64,000 nt of DNA. It comes from Clostridiales bacterium (GTDB taxonomy: Bacteria; Bacillota; Clostridia; Christensenellales; CAG-138). Numbering within the stretch: position 1 is the stretch's first letter; the number at the start of each line of letters is the position of its first letter. The notes beneath the pieces are model-generated. The model was not told the DNA's origin and ran no database searches. It saw only the letters and a program-made list of their open reading frames with translations. This document shows positions 39,067 through 48,750 of this stretch, piece after piece. The position numbers and the translations under genes are program-made. The stretch covers positions 4,194-68,193 of the forward strand of contig DUPG01000010.1 in assembly GCA_012838425.1 (NCBI GenBank). The letters are read 5' to 3'.

Positions 39067-39762
39067 TCAATTATCGTAAAAGTATGGTCTTAGCTTATTA
39101 AGCGCACGCTTTTCAATGCGCGAAACATAAGAGCGCGACACACCCAAAAGCGCGGCGACCTCACGCTGAGGTAAGGGATTTTCGCCATCAAGATTATATC
39201 GCGTTGTCAGCACCATTCTTTCAACATCAGTCAGTACTGATTTTTGCACATTTCTGAGTTTCTCGTTAAGCATTGCGCGGTTTAGCTCTTCCTGAAAGTC
39301 GGGCTGCTCGGACACAAACCTGTCGGCAATAGTTATTTCGTTCCCGTCGTTATCACGCCCTATGGGTTCCTCTATCGAGCGCACATATACGCTGGAATGC
39401 CTTGCATTTCTTCGCATTTCCATTAGAATTTCGTTCTCAATACATCTTGCCGCATATGCTGCCAAAGTGCCTTTTTCGGGCTTGTAGGTTGATACCGCCT
39501 TAATCAAGCCGATTATTCCCACAGAAATCAAATCATCAGATTCAACCGCCGCCGAATTATTAGTAAACTTTTTTGCAATATGTGCAACCAAGCGCAAATT
39601 ATGCTCTATCAGCTTTTGCCTTGCATTTTCATCGCCTTCGAGGTGCAGGGCGATATACCTTGCTTCATCTTCTTTTGAGAGCTGTTCTGGGAATGATGTG
39701 CTTGTGTTTACATAAGCCGCAAAAAACAATATGTCTTTTACAAACTGAATGAATGAAATCAT
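39067..39762 (-). CDS. sigK: Sporulation sigma factor SigK (uninterrupted, with short pro-sequence)
   Basis: YVNTSTSFPEQLS, IEHNLRLVAHIAKKF, AAYAARCIENEILM and SRSYVSRIEKRAL closely follow B. subtilis SigK rather than SigE. Confidence 0.85.
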   Translation of the reverse strand: MISFIQFVKDILFFAAYVNTSTSFPEQLSKEDEARYIALHLEGDENARQKLIEHNLRLVAHIAKKFTNNSAAVESDDLISVGIIGLIKAVSTYKPEKGTLAAYAARCIENEILMEMRRNARHSSVYVRSIEEPIGRDNDGNEITIADRFVSEQPDFQEELNRAMLNEKLRNVQKSVLTDVERMVLTTRYNLDGENPLPQREVAALLGVSRSYVSRIEKRALNKLRPYFYDN

Positions 39763-39839
39763 GCCTACCTCCCTTATCTATTCAAAGATATGCGGCTTAG
39801 GCATGATAGTTTACGGCTAATTATGTAGAATATGTAGAA

Positions 39840-40268
39840 TTAGAAGAATGTTGCCCAATGCAGAGTATCGTTTTCGAATATGTAGTTTATGTCGGCAATT
39901 ATATTTGATAAGCATTCAATGAACAAATCCTTTTCTAATACATTGTGCTCTATCAGCTGCTTTGCAAAGCATATGTCCTTCACAGCATCATCTACTGATT
40001 GATTATTATAAAAAAGCTTTAGGTGCTCCTTCGTTTCTTCAAACTTGTCCGCTATATCGTATATGCATTCCGCTAAGCCTGCATAGTTTTCTTTTGAAGC
40101 AAGCATTATTCCTTCTTCGGCCTTGTTGCTTATATATTCAAGTCTTGGTCTTGCGTAGCTTACAGGGTATATGAATAAAAAAGTGAGTATCGCTATAGAT
40201 AATATTATCCCAATAATTACTGCAATTTTCGTGCCTATGTATTTCTTCATTGCTGTATTGTTTTCCAA
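39840..40268 (-). CDS. Small N-terminally anchored protein (DUF4363-like, from memory)
   Basis: 142 aa with one N-terminal helix. Overlaps the upstream DUF421 gene by 22 nt, a pairing I recall as common in Clostridia. Confidence 0.5.
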   Translation of the reverse strand: MENNTAMKKYIGTKIAVIIGIILSIAILTFLFIYPVSYARPRLEYISNKAEEGIMLASKENYAGLAECIYDIADKFEETKEHLKLFYNNQSVDDAVKDICFAKQLIEHNVLEKDLFIECLSNIIADINYIFENDTLHWATFF

Positions 40269-40954
40269 TCCTCCTTATTGAATACAACCTGCCTTGCGCC
40301 GAACTTCTCTTTAGTTTGCATGATAAGCGTATCATCGGCTTCCATAATGATATAGAAAATATCCTTCTCGGTTTTGCAGCCGGTTTTCTTAATTTGCCTA
40401 TCAAGCTCTGCTTCTGTAATGCCGATTTGGTTGAGCGAGTCGATTATTCTTTTCCCGTCAAGCGTTATTAGGTGCGCGGGGCGCGATTCAGGCGGTGTGC
40501 CGGGCTGCTTACCAGCCTTGGGCAGTATCCCCAGTTCGCCATTACACTCTAATACTGCGTAGTTTACATCGTTTAGTGAAAAATAGTCCTTTGAACGCAG
40601 CTGTTCCATTAAATCAGTTAAGGAGTAGTTTGCGACCTTCATCAACCTTTCATTGACTATGCCTTTTTCTATAAGTAATAGCGGATTTCCGCAAATTATG
40701 GTTCTGAGCGTCTTATTCTTAAGCGAAAGATACGCAAAAAACCTTTGCATAAGGAATAAAGCAATTATTGGAATTATACCATACGCCAATGGAACATCAT
40801 TGTTCGATATAGGGTTAGATGCGACATCGGCAATCAGTATTGTGATTACTAAGTCAAATGGCTGCAGCTCGGAAATCTGCCGCTTGCCAGTCAGCCTGAT
40901 TGCCGCAAACACGAACAGATATATTGTTAGTGTTCGAAAAAATACTGTGAGCAT
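40247..40954 (-). CDS. YetF/DUF421 family membrane protein
   Basis: LTIYLFVFAAIRLTGKRQISELQPFDLVITILIADVA is the typical DUF421 N-terminus. ATG 40954 has GGAGG 5 nt upstream. Confidence 0.75.
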   Translation of the reverse strand: MLTVFFRTLTIYLFVFAAIRLTGKRQISELQPFDLVITILIADVASNPISNNDVPLAYGIIPIIALFLMQRFFAYLSLKNKTLRTIICGNPLLLIEKGIVNERLMKVANYSLTDLMEQLRSKDYFSLNDVNYAVLECNGELGILPKAGKQPGTPPESRPAHLITLDGKRIIDSLNQIGITEAELDRQIKKTGCKTEKDIFYIIMEADDTLIMQTKEKFGARQVVFNKEDWKTIQQ

Positions 40955-41005
40955 ATGTTCCTCCATTACTTATTCTTTTATCGAAGTAAAGATAATATTC
41001 AAGCG

Positions 41006-41034
41006 TTGCTCCAAGGCATTTGCTTTGATATAAT
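41006..41034 (+). promoter_or_regulatory. Sigma-70-type promoter for the HAD gene
   Basis: TTGCTC, 17-nt spacer, TATAAT (41029-41034). Confidence 0.45.
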
Positions 41035-41061
41035 GACAAAAAATAATACTAAGGAGATGAC

Positions 41062-41715
41062 ATGAGCCTGAAATATGTATTGTTAGACTTAGATGGTACA
41101 CTGACTAATCCTGAAACAGGAATAACCAATTCGATAATATACGCATTAAATAAGCTTGGTATCGAAGTAGAGGACAGAGCGACCCTGCGCAAGTTTATAG
41201 GTCCGCCGCTTATTGACTCTTTCATGGGCTATTATGGCTTTTCACGCGATGACGCCAAAAAAGCAGTTGGTTTATATAGAGAATACTATGCCGAAAAGGG
41301 CATATTTGAAAATGAAGTGTATGAGGGAATACCTGAGCTATTAGAAGAGCTTACACAAAGGAATATCACTTGCGTATTAGCTACTTCAAAGCCTACATTT
41401 TTTGCTACACAGGTTATTGAGCATTTTGGGCTTACTAAGTATTTCGCATACCTTTCAGGTACAACGCTTGATGATACTTTAATCACGAAAGACGCAGTTA
41501 TAACGCAAGCTATAAAGCAATTATCAATAACCGATTTGGATAATTCAATCATGGTCGGTGATAGAAAGCACGATATTGAGGGCGCGCACGCAAACGGTAC
41601 GAAGTGCGTTGGCGTTTTATTTGGATTCGGCACAAGAGAAGAGCTCGTTAATGCCGGCGCTGACTATTTGGTCGAAACAGTTGATGAGCTTAGAAAGCTG
41701 TTGATTAGCATATGA
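41062..41715 (+). CDS. HAD-IA family hydrolase (phosphoglycolate phosphatase / 5'-nucleotidase-like)
   Basis: LLDLDGTLT motif I, ATSK motif II, and GDRKHDIEGA motif III/IV. Confidence 0.85.
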   Translation: MSLKYVLLDLDGTLTNPETGITNSIIYALNKLGIEVEDRATLRKFIGPPLIDSFMGYYGFSRDDAKKAVGLYREYYAEKGIFENEVYEGIPELLEELTQRNITCVLATSKPTFFATQVIEHFGLTKYFAYLSGTTLDDTLITKDAVITQAIKQLSITDLDNSIMVGDRKHDIEGAHANGTKCVGVLFGFGTREELVNAGADYLVETVDELRKLLISI

Positions 41716-41891
41716 GATGCAGTTGTACGGTTTGCGGGGCGTATATGGCGAATTCAGAAGGTATTGAGTTAGGCTGTGTATGCCCTGAATGCTTACATAG
41801 GTGTAAAGCCTGTTTGGGTACTGACAGCGTAAAGGATGTAGAGCAAATCAAGGCACTTCACGAAGAAAAAGTCGAAGACAACGAAGCATAA
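41712..41891 (+). CDS. Cys-rich 59-aa zinc-finger-like protein (below the ORF-track cutoff)
   Basis: ATGA start/stop overlap with the HAD gene. The product MRCSCTVCGAYMANSEGIELGCVCPECLHRCKACLGTDSVKDVEQIKALHEEKVEDNEA has 8 Cys in CxC/CxxC spacing. Confidence 0.5.
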   Translation: MRCSCTVCGAYMANSEGIELGCVCPECLHRCKACLGTDSVKDVEQIKALHEEKVEDNEA

Positions 41892-41961
41892 TACATAGGA
41901 CAAAGGGCTAAGGAATAACCTGTTCATAAGATGCTCATAATATCAAAAAAAGGAGCAGCTT

Positions 41962-42384
41962 ATGGACGCGAGTGTAATAAAGTGCATATTAGAAGTTTCC
42001 GAAGTTGGAAGGGACACTTTGGGCAATTTGATAAAGAAAAGCGATGATAGCGGCTTTAGAAGCGTAATGGCGGATGAATTTGCTAAGTTTCAGGATATAA
42101 CGCGCAATACAATGGAATATGCTGCCAAGAACAACATTAGCTTTAAGTCGAGCAAAAAGTTTAGGGCAAATCCTTTGTCAAATTTCAGGTTAGGTACGCT
42201 GTCAATCAAAAAGACGCCCGAGTATATGGCTGAAATGCTTGTAGTCAGCAACATAATTGGCTTAATAGATATTAAAAAAGCGCTCAAAGAATGCGGTGAA
42301 GCAAATGAAGATGTTAAAGCCTTAGCGTATAGTCTTATAGATGTATTGAACTCGAATATTCAAGAAATGCTTAGCTTTGTATAA
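41962..42384 (+). CDS. Hypothetical helical protein
   Basis: 140-aa ORF with an AGGAG SD. No diagnostic motif. Confidence 0.5.
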   Translation: MDASVIKCILEVSEVGRDTLGNLIKKSDDSGFRSVMADEFAKFQDITRNTMEYAAKNNISFKSSKKFRANPLSNFRLGTLSIKKTPEYMAEMLVVSNIIGLIDIKKALKECGEANEDVKALAYSLIDVLNSNIQEMLSFV

Positions 42385-42401
42385 CATTCCCTTAATAATA
42401 T

Positions 42402-42435
42402 AGGCGTTGTGTAAACAGCATAACGCCTTTGTTAT
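42402..42435 (+). terminator. Rho-independent terminator
   Basis: AGGCGTTGTG / CATAACGCCT stem followed by TTTGTTAT. Confidence 0.55.
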
Positions 42436-42539
42436 GCTGACAAATTCAGAAAATTTACAAAAATGTCTAAATATCTCTTGTGTGCTGTGTTTAGGTTTAT
42501 TGTATAATATCTATTATTCTAAAAGAAAGGAGAACGCAC

Positions 42540-43226
42540 ATGGAAGAACAAAAAAAGAAAATCCCTATGGCAATAAAGGGCGTATTGAGAAACCATATGC
42601 TTTCTGTGCCGAGCTCTATATATAAATGCAGCGGAATATTCGTGTTTGGTAAGCGCATAAAATCCTTTGTGTTTTCTACCGACTTGGCAATAATAAAAAA
42701 CATAAACGCAGACGCAATCTTTGCTGTATATCCGTTCACACCGCAGCCTATTATCACACAAGCGTTGCTGCTTGCGGCGGACATTCCGGTATTCACCGGA
42801 GTAGGGGGCGGTATTACACAAGGTAATTATGTTGTAAAGCTTGCCGGTTATGCTGAAATGCAAGGCGCTACAGGCGTTATAGTTAATGCTCCTACAACCG
42901 AAGAAGTTATTCGCAATGTGCGCGAGGCTATCGATATTCCATTAGTCGCAACAGTGGTTACAGATGACGACAGCTATTTGCGTAAAATTGACGCCGGAGC
43001 AAGCATTATCAATGTATCTGCTGCGGAGAGAACTCCCGACATTGTTGCGAAGATTCGAAGCAGGTTTGAGGACTTCCCGATTATCGCAACGGGAGGACCT
43101 ACCGACGAGACGATTTTAGAAACCATAGCGGCCGGTGCTAATGCGATTACCTATACGCCGCCGTCTTCCTCGCAGATTCAAAAAGAGCTGATGACTAAAT
43201 ACCGTCAAGAATATGAAAGGGACTGA
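42540..43226 (+). CDS. Putative phosphate-binding (beta/alpha)8-barrel protein, function unknown
   Basis: Alternating beta/alpha pattern. VFTGVGGG and IIATGGPTD resemble Gly-rich phosphate-binding loops of ThiE/NanE/HisF-like barrels. AAGGAG SD. Confidence 0.5.
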   Translation: MEEQKKKIPMAIKGVLRNHMLSVPSSIYKCSGIFVFGKRIKSFVFSTDLAIIKNINADAIFAVYPFTPQPIITQALLLAADIPVFTGVGGGITQGNYVVKLAGYAEMQGATGVIVNAPTTEEVIRNVREAIDIPLVATVVTDDDSYLRKIDAGASIINVSAAERTPDIVAKIRSRFEDFPIIATGGPTDETILETIAAGANAITYTPPSSSQIQKELMTKYRQEYERD

Positions 43227-43229
43227 CCC

Positions 43230-43637
43230 ATGCGAAATAGGCTTATAAGATTTATGGAAGGCAGGTACGGCGTTGATAAGCTGCACTACTTTCTGTTTAT
43301 TGTGAGTCTTGTACTTCTCTTTATTGGTTCCTTTGCGGTTAACACGTTTATTAAGGCTTTTTTTCTGCTAATAGCATTAGCAATAACAGTTATTGCTTTG
43401 CTTAGGATATTTTCGCGAAACAAGTATAAGCGCAGCTTAGAAAACCTTATGTATATCAAGCTGAGAGATAAGGTATCAGGCTTTGTTAAAACCAGAATTA
43501 AGATGTTTCGCGAGAGGAAAACTCATAGGTTTTTCAAATGCCCCAACTGCAAGGTGACTTTGCGCGTTCCAAAAGGTAAGGGCAGTATTAGGATTACTTG
43601 TCCAAAATGCCGCGAGTCATTTACGGAAAAAACATGA
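43230..43637 (+). CDS. Membrane protein with C-terminal zinc ribbon
   Basis: Two hydrophobic helices followed by CPNC...CPKC. Confidence 0.55.
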   Translation: MRNRLIRFMEGRYGVDKLHYFLFIVSLVLLFIGSFAVNTFIKAFFLLIALAITVIALLRIFSRNKYKRSLENLMYIKLRDKVSGFVKTRIKMFRERKTHRFFKCPNCKVTLRVPKGKGSIRITCPKCRESFTEKT

Positions 43638-44455
43638 TGAAAGGGCTTGTTACAACACTAATCCTTTTTTGCTTAATGTTCAGTGTGCTTGGCTGTGCTG
43701 AGCAGACCCCTGATTTTGAGATTGCGTTTTTAGAAACGGGCGATTCAGATTGCATAGTAATTCAAACGCCCGATAGCGTTATAATGATTGATACAGCATA
43801 CGATTCCAGCTTTGAAAAGATAAAGACTTATTTAGATAATCAGCAAATTGCAAAAATTGATTACCTCATACTGACTCATTTTGATAAAGACCATGTAGGC
43901 AGCGCCGCAAGCATAATTAACAGCTGCGAAGTAGGGGAGGTAATTGCCCCGAACTATGAAAAGCAAAGCGAATATATGACTGCGCTTTCTGAGAGTGTGC
44001 AGGCAAAGAAAGTTAAGTATTCTAAGATTTCAGAAGATGTGAATATAGAGCTTAACGGCGTTAGGCTATGGATAAGCGCACCGCAGGAAAGCTATTATGA
44101 GAACGAAAACAACTACTCGCTAATAGTATCTCTAAAGTATGAAGGATACAGCTTCTTGTTCATGGGCGACGCGCTCAAGCTGCGTACGCAAGAGTTCGTA
44201 AATTATGCTGATTTTGAAGAATGGAGCTATTGCTTAATAAAAGCCCCTCACCATGGAGATTATTCAAAGCCCATAAAGGCTATATATGAGTCCTGCCCTT
44301 TGCAGTATTGCGTAATCACAACGGATATGCCCGATAATGTCGGCAATAAACTGATTGAATTAAATAAAGAGCTTGATGTCAAGCCCTTTTATACATTTAA
44401 TGGTGATGTATTCGTTGCTATTTCAAATGGCGAATTGAAGGTATCGCAAAGGTGA
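43634..44455 (+). CDS. MBL-fold metallo-hydrolase lipoprotein (ComEC C-terminal-like)
   Basis: Lipobox FSVLGC, LILTHFDKDHVGS metal motif, and PHHG. ATGA overlap with the previous gene. Confidence 0.75.
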   Translation: MMKGLVTTLILFCLMFSVLGCAEQTPDFEIAFLETGDSDCIVIQTPDSVIMIDTAYDSSFEKIKTYLDNQQIAKIDYLILTHFDKDHVGSAASIINSCEVGEVIAPNYEKQSEYMTALSESVQAKKVKYSKISEDVNIELNGVRLWISAPQESYYENENNYSLIVSLKYEGYSFLFMGDALKLRTQEFVNYADFEEWSYCLIKAPHHGDYSKPIKAIYESCPLQYCVITTDMPDNVGNKLIELNKELDVKPFYTFNGDVFVAISNGELKVSQR

Positions 44456-44456
44456 A

Positions 44457-45524
44457 TTAACTCTCACTGCTTAGCATATCCATTCTATTTTTCAGTATCA
44501 ATGCTTCGACTATTTCGTCAATATCACCGTCTAAAAATTCTTCAAGGCGGTAAAGAGTAAGGTTAATTCTATGGTCTGTAACCCTGCCTTGCGGGAAGTT
44601 ATATGTACGCACTCTCTCGCTTCTATCGCCCGAACCAATTTGGCTTTTGCGTTCGCTTGCAAGCTGTGCTTGGCGTTTGCTTCGCTCTAAATCGTATAGG
44701 CGTGTTTTGAGAATCTTCATAGCGGTTTCTCTGTTCTTTATCTGCGACTTTTCATTTTGGCATTGCACCACCAAACCGGTAGGCAAATGCGTTATGCGAA
44801 TAGCGCTCTCTGTCTTGTTTACATGCTGACCGCCCGCGCCGCTTGAACGGTATGTGTCTATTCTCAGGTCAGTCGGGTTAATCTCGATTTCCACATCCTC
44901 GACTTCGGATAATACCGCTACCGTTGCTGCAGAAGTATGAATTCGCCCTTGCGATTCGGTTTCGGGTACCCTCTGAACTCTGTGCACGCCGTTTTCAAAC
45001 TTTAATCTGCTGTAAACGCCCTTGCCTTTTATTGAAATTATTGCTTCCTTAACGCCGCCCATTGGCGTATCGTTAATGCTTAAAACTGATGCGGAATATC
45101 GCTTCCTTTCTGCGTATCTTAGGTACATGCGCATCAGGTCAGCGGCAAATAAAGATGCCTCATCGCCGCCAGTGCCTGCGCGAATCTCGATAATTACATT
45201 TCTGTCGTCGTCTTCATCCTTAGGAAGCAGCATAAATTTTAATTCGTTGGTTACCTCCTCGATTTTCTTGTCCAACTCATGCAATTCGCTTTCAAGCAGT
45301 GTGCGCATTTCAGAATCGTTTTCCGATTTCAGCATTTCGGCGCAATCATCTTTTTGAATCATAAGCTCTTTCAGATTGTCATATGCTTCAACAATCTCCT
45401 GCAATGAATTATGCTCGCGCGTGAGCTCTAAGAACTTCTGCCTATCGTTGACCGTTTCAGGCAGCATTAGCTCCTCATTTATTTCGTTATAGCGTTGCTT
45501 CATGGCTTCAAGCTTCTTTAGCAT
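44457..45524 (-). CDS. prfA: Peptide chain release factor 1
   Basis: GGQHVNKT motif and a PxT-type region ([14 protein letters not shown]). ATG 45524 has a GAGGAG SD. The track N-extension was rejected. Confidence 0.95.
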   Translation of the reverse strand: MLKKLEAMKQRYNEINEELMLPETVNDRQKFLELTREHNSLQEIVEAYDNLKELMIQKDDCAEMLKSENDSEMRTLLESELHELDKKIEEVTNELKFMLLPKDEDDDRNVIIEIRAGTGGDEASLFAADLMRMYLRYAERKRYSASVLSINDTPMGGVKEAIISIKGKGVYSRLKFENGVHRVQRVPETESQGRIHTSAATVAVLSEVEDVEIEINPTDLRIDTYRSSGAGGQHVNKTESAIRITHLPTGLVVQCQNEKSQIKNRETAMKILKTRLYDLERSKRQAQLASERKSQIGSGDRSERVRTYNFPQGRVTDHRINLTLYRLEEFLDGDIDEIVEALILKNRMDMLSSES

Positions 45525-45526
45525 AT

Positions 45527-46810
45527 TTACTCCTCGCTCATTAAGAATTCTTTGCCGCAAATATCTATAACAAATTGCCTGCATGTTTCTATTGCGTTCA
45601 ATTCGTCTTTTGATAGCGGCTTTATGGCAGTTATTCTCGATGTATCAGTATAGCAGGGTAATGTCTGATGCACAACCCGTCCGCTAACATATTGCTTTAT
45701 GCAGTACACAGGCAAGTAGCTTATTGAAACCGCGCGCGTACCCGTTTGGTCTTTTTCAAGCTCTAATTTAACGAACATACCATAATCGCAGGGTGTTGAC
45801 ATATTCGCAATAAAGTTTCCAAGCGAATACACTATGGGCGCTTTTATCGTTTTGCCGGCCCTTTCAATTTCAAGCCATTCTATAGGCTGTACTACATGTG
45901 GATGTGAAGCGATAATCGCGTCGGCTCCCCATGAAACTAAGTCGCGAAACAGCTGAACAACTCTCGCCGGCGGAGTGGTAACGCGCTCATCGCCGCAGTG
46001 CGGGAAAGCAATTATATAATCTGCCCCTTCTTCCTTGCAAGCGTTTATCATGGCTTTTACATATTCGGTATCATACAAATATGAAATAGAGTGCAAATCC
46101 TCTTCGCTTAAATTGCGATTAAATGTATTGAAACCCCCTGAGAAGGCCACAATGCCTATTTTTATTCCGTTGACTTCAACAATCAGCGGCTTGACCTCAT
46201 TTTTTGATAAGAAGGTACCGGTCTGCAATAAGCCAGCTTCGCGAATAATCCTTATAGTTCTGCGCAAACCTTCTATACCTCTGTCTAAGCAATGATTGTT
46301 GGCTGTGGTTAGCACATCAAAGCCTAAGTCATAAAGATTTCTCGCTAACTCGTCGGGCGCATTAAAGGTTTGATATGGCTTTTGGGAGTTAGGGTTGTCC
46401 TCAGTTGCTGGCGGTCTGGTGGGTGCAGGTCCGGAATATGTGGCGCTTTCGCCCGCTAACGGCACCTCAAGATTCCCGCACATAATATCAACCGAATTGA
46501 ACAGCTCGCGCATGGGCTCAAAGCTGCGTGTAAAATCGTAGCTGCCATCGCTTTGCAATGCGGATTTAACTTGGTTTTGCATAATCATAATATCGCCAAC
46601 AAAGCCAAGAGAAGCGGACATAGTTGTTGGTTTGGGTGAAGGCGTTAATAAGACGCTCTCTGTCGGTGTAGGTGATAGGGTAGGGCCGGGAGATGAAGCA
46701 GCTGCTGAATTAGGCGTAATATCGACTATCGGCTGTTCGACCGAGCTGCATGAAACGCACATCGCAAGCATAGCAATTATGCAAAATGCACATACGATTT
46801 TATTTAACAT
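45527..46810 (-). CDS. CapA/PGA_cap family metallophosphatase-like exported protein
   Basis: Signal peptide, [17 protein letters not shown] and ASHPHVVQP motifs. The start is ambiguous (ATG 46810 or 46825). Confidence 0.72.
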   Translation of the reverse strand: MLNKIVCAFCIIAMLAMCVSCSSVEQPIVDITPNSAAASSPGPTLSPTPTESVLLTPSPKPTTMSASLGFVGDIMIMQNQVKSALQSDGSYDFTRSFEPMRELFNSVDIMCGNLEVPLAGESATYSGPAPTRPPATEDNPNSQKPYQTFNAPDELARNLYDLGFDVLTTANNHCLDRGIEGLRRTIRIIREAGLLQTGTFLSKNEVKPLIVEVNGIKIGIVAFSGGFNTFNRNLSEEDLHSISYLYDTEYVKAMINACKEEGADYIIAFPHCGDERVTTPPARVVQLFRDLVSWGADAIIASHPHVVQPIEWLEIERAGKTIKAPIVYSLGNFIANMSTPCDYGMFVKLELEKDQTGTRAVSISYLPVYCIKQYVSGRVVHQTLPCYTDTSRITAIKPLSKDELNAIETCRQFVIDICGKEFLMSEE

Positions 46811-48740
46811 TCGAAGCACCTTCATTCTGCAATTCTTCAAGCTGTAACGCAAGCTTCTCCCATTCATTATATAGGCTGTTCAATTCGTTTTTCTTGTTCT
46901 CTAACTCGCCACTCAGCTCCATAACCTTAACATAATCTGAGGTTACAGCGGGGTTAGCGAGCTCTGTTTCGATTAACTCTATTTCGCTTTCTATGCTGTT
47001 AATACTCTGTTCAATTCGTGTTAACCTGCCTTTTGTGCGATTAAGTAGGCTGATGAATTCTTTTTTCTGCTTGTATGCGTTAGGCTTGTCTGACTTTTCG
47101 GCTTTTTCTACTGCTATATTTGCCTTTTCTTCGGCTTGCTGCGCTAAAAACTCATCATATCCGCCGATGTATTCTTTTATAGTGCCACGCGTTATATGCA
47201 AAATCCTGTCGGCTAAGCGGTTTACTAAGTATCTGTCATGCGATACAATAAGCATAGTGCCGTCATAGCTTTCAAGCGCTTTTTCCAATGCAGCGCGTGA
47301 ACCAATGTCTAAGTGGTTTGTAGGCTCATCTAAGAACAGCATATTAGCACCCGAAAGCATTAGCTTCAAAAGCTGAATTCGCGCCTGTTCGCCGCCCGAA
47401 GCAAGCTTGGCAGATTTATATACATCATCACCTTTGAACAAGAATAATGCCATAGCATTTCTTATTTCGCCAAAGTTCATGTGGGGGTATGTGTCGTAAA
47501 CCACATCTAATAGTGTTCCATCGCCTAAATTGCTTGATACATTTTGCTCATAATAGCCCTTGATTACATTCGCGCCATATTGAATAGTGCCGCTGTCGGG
47601 ATTTTCATGTCTTGCGAGAATTTTTAGCAGAGTGGTTTTGCCGCAGCCATTTGCACCTAACAAAAACACCTTGTCGCCCTTTTTAATATGCAGGTTCACA
47701 TCTGAAAACAAGTGGTTGTCGCCAAATGACTTTGAAAGATTCTCCGCGATTATTACATCGTTTCCTGAAGGCTTCTCAACCTTGAAGTTAAAGCCTATTG
47801 TATCCTGCTCCTTTTCGGGTTCGACCAAAGTCTCCTTTAGCCTTTCTATCTGCTTCAGCTTTGAAGCAATGGTTACATAGTTGCGCTCCTGATTCCAGCG
47901 TTTTTGCTGCTCAATAATACCGTAAATGCGCTTTATCTCCTTCTGTGTGTTGAGATAATGCCGCCTTGTGATTTCATTCTGTGAGCTTGTAAGCTCAATA
48001 TGTGTAGTGTAATTTCCTTTTGTGTAGTAAAAACGATTGTTGCGTATTTCAAAAATCTTGGTGGCGACCTTATCGAGAAAATACCTGTCGTGTGATATTA
48101 CAATAAATGCCTTATTGCAGGTAATTAAAAAGTCCTCGAGCCAAGCCACCGCGTCTATGTCTAAATGATTCGTTGGCTCGTCTAACAATAACAGATTTGC
48201 GTCAGATAATAGCACGCGCGCCAACTGCGCTTTGTTTCTCTGACCGCCGCTCAACAGGTCAATATTCAGATTCAAATCATCTTGAGTAAAGCCTAAACCC
48301 AGCAATACTGATTTTGTCATTGAGCGGTATGTCAGCCCGCCCTTGCTGTAAAACTCATTTCTCAGTCTATCTTGCTTGGATATGAGCTTTTGCCGTTCGT
48401 CATCATCAACGCTTGTGTTGAGTGCGGCTATGCAGTTTTCAAGCTGATTTTCAATTTCAATTAGCTGCGAAAACTCTAAAAGCGCATAATCGTATAGGCT
48501 AATACCTGCCTCGCTAATGCTTTGACTCATAAAGCCTAACTTCAAGTCACGGCTTTTATATATGCTGCCGCTGTCTATTTCTTCGATTCCACGCAATATT
48601 TTGAACAGCGTTGTTTTTCCGCAGCCGTTATTTCCGACAAGCCCTATGCGGTCTGTGGGATCGACTTCAAAAGAAACATCATAAAACAGCTCACGCTGTG
48701 CAAAACTTTTACTTATGTTTGATACAGTAATGAGTGGCAT
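46800..48740 (-). CDS. ABC-F family ATPase with C-terminal coiled coil
   Basis: Two NBDs (GNNGCGKTT / LSGGQRNK; GANGCGKTT / ASGGEQAR), no TMD, and an inter-domain linker. Confidence 0.9.
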   Translation of the reverse strand: MPLITVSNISKSFAQRELFYDVSFEVDPTDRIGLVGNNGCGKTTLFKILRGIEEIDSGSIYKSRDLKLGFMSQSISEAGISLYDYALLEFSQLIEIENQLENCIAALNTSVDDDERQKLISKQDRLRNEFYSKGGLTYRSMTKSVLLGLGFTQDDLNLNIDLLSGGQRNKAQLARVLLSDANLLLLDEPTNHLDIDAVAWLEDFLITCNKAFIVISHDRYFLDKVATKIFEIRNNRFYYTKGNYTTHIELTSSQNEITRRHYLNTQKEIKRIYGIIEQQKRWNQERNYVTIASKLKQIERLKETLVEPEKEQDTIGFNFKVEKPSGNDVIIAENLSKSFGDNHLFSDVNLHIKKGDKVFLLGANGCGKTTLLKILARHENPDSGTIQYGANVIKGYYEQNVSSNLGDGTLLDVVYDTYPHMNFGEIRNAMALFLFKGDDVYKSAKLASGGEQARIQLLKLMLSGANMLFLDEPTNHLDIGSRAALEKALESYDGTMLIVSHDRYLVNRLADRILHITRGTIKEYIGGYDEFLAQQAEEKANIAVEKAEKSDKPNAYKQKKEFISLLNRTKGRLTRIEQSINSIESEIELIETELANPAVTSDYVKVMELSGELENKKNELNSLYNEWEKLALQLEELQNEGASNVK

Positions 48741-48750
48741 TTTCTCTTCG

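Noticed and set aside
39067-39762. Possible interruption of sigK by a skin-like element.
   Set aside because: The ORF is contiguous and full length (regions 2-4 are present), and no recombinase is nearby.
42407-42863. Overlapping ORFs 42407-42625 (+), 42497-42796 (-) and 42519-42863 (-).
   Set aside because: They span a terminator/promoter region or lie antisense to the SD-preceded 42540-43226 gene. Their composition is atypical.
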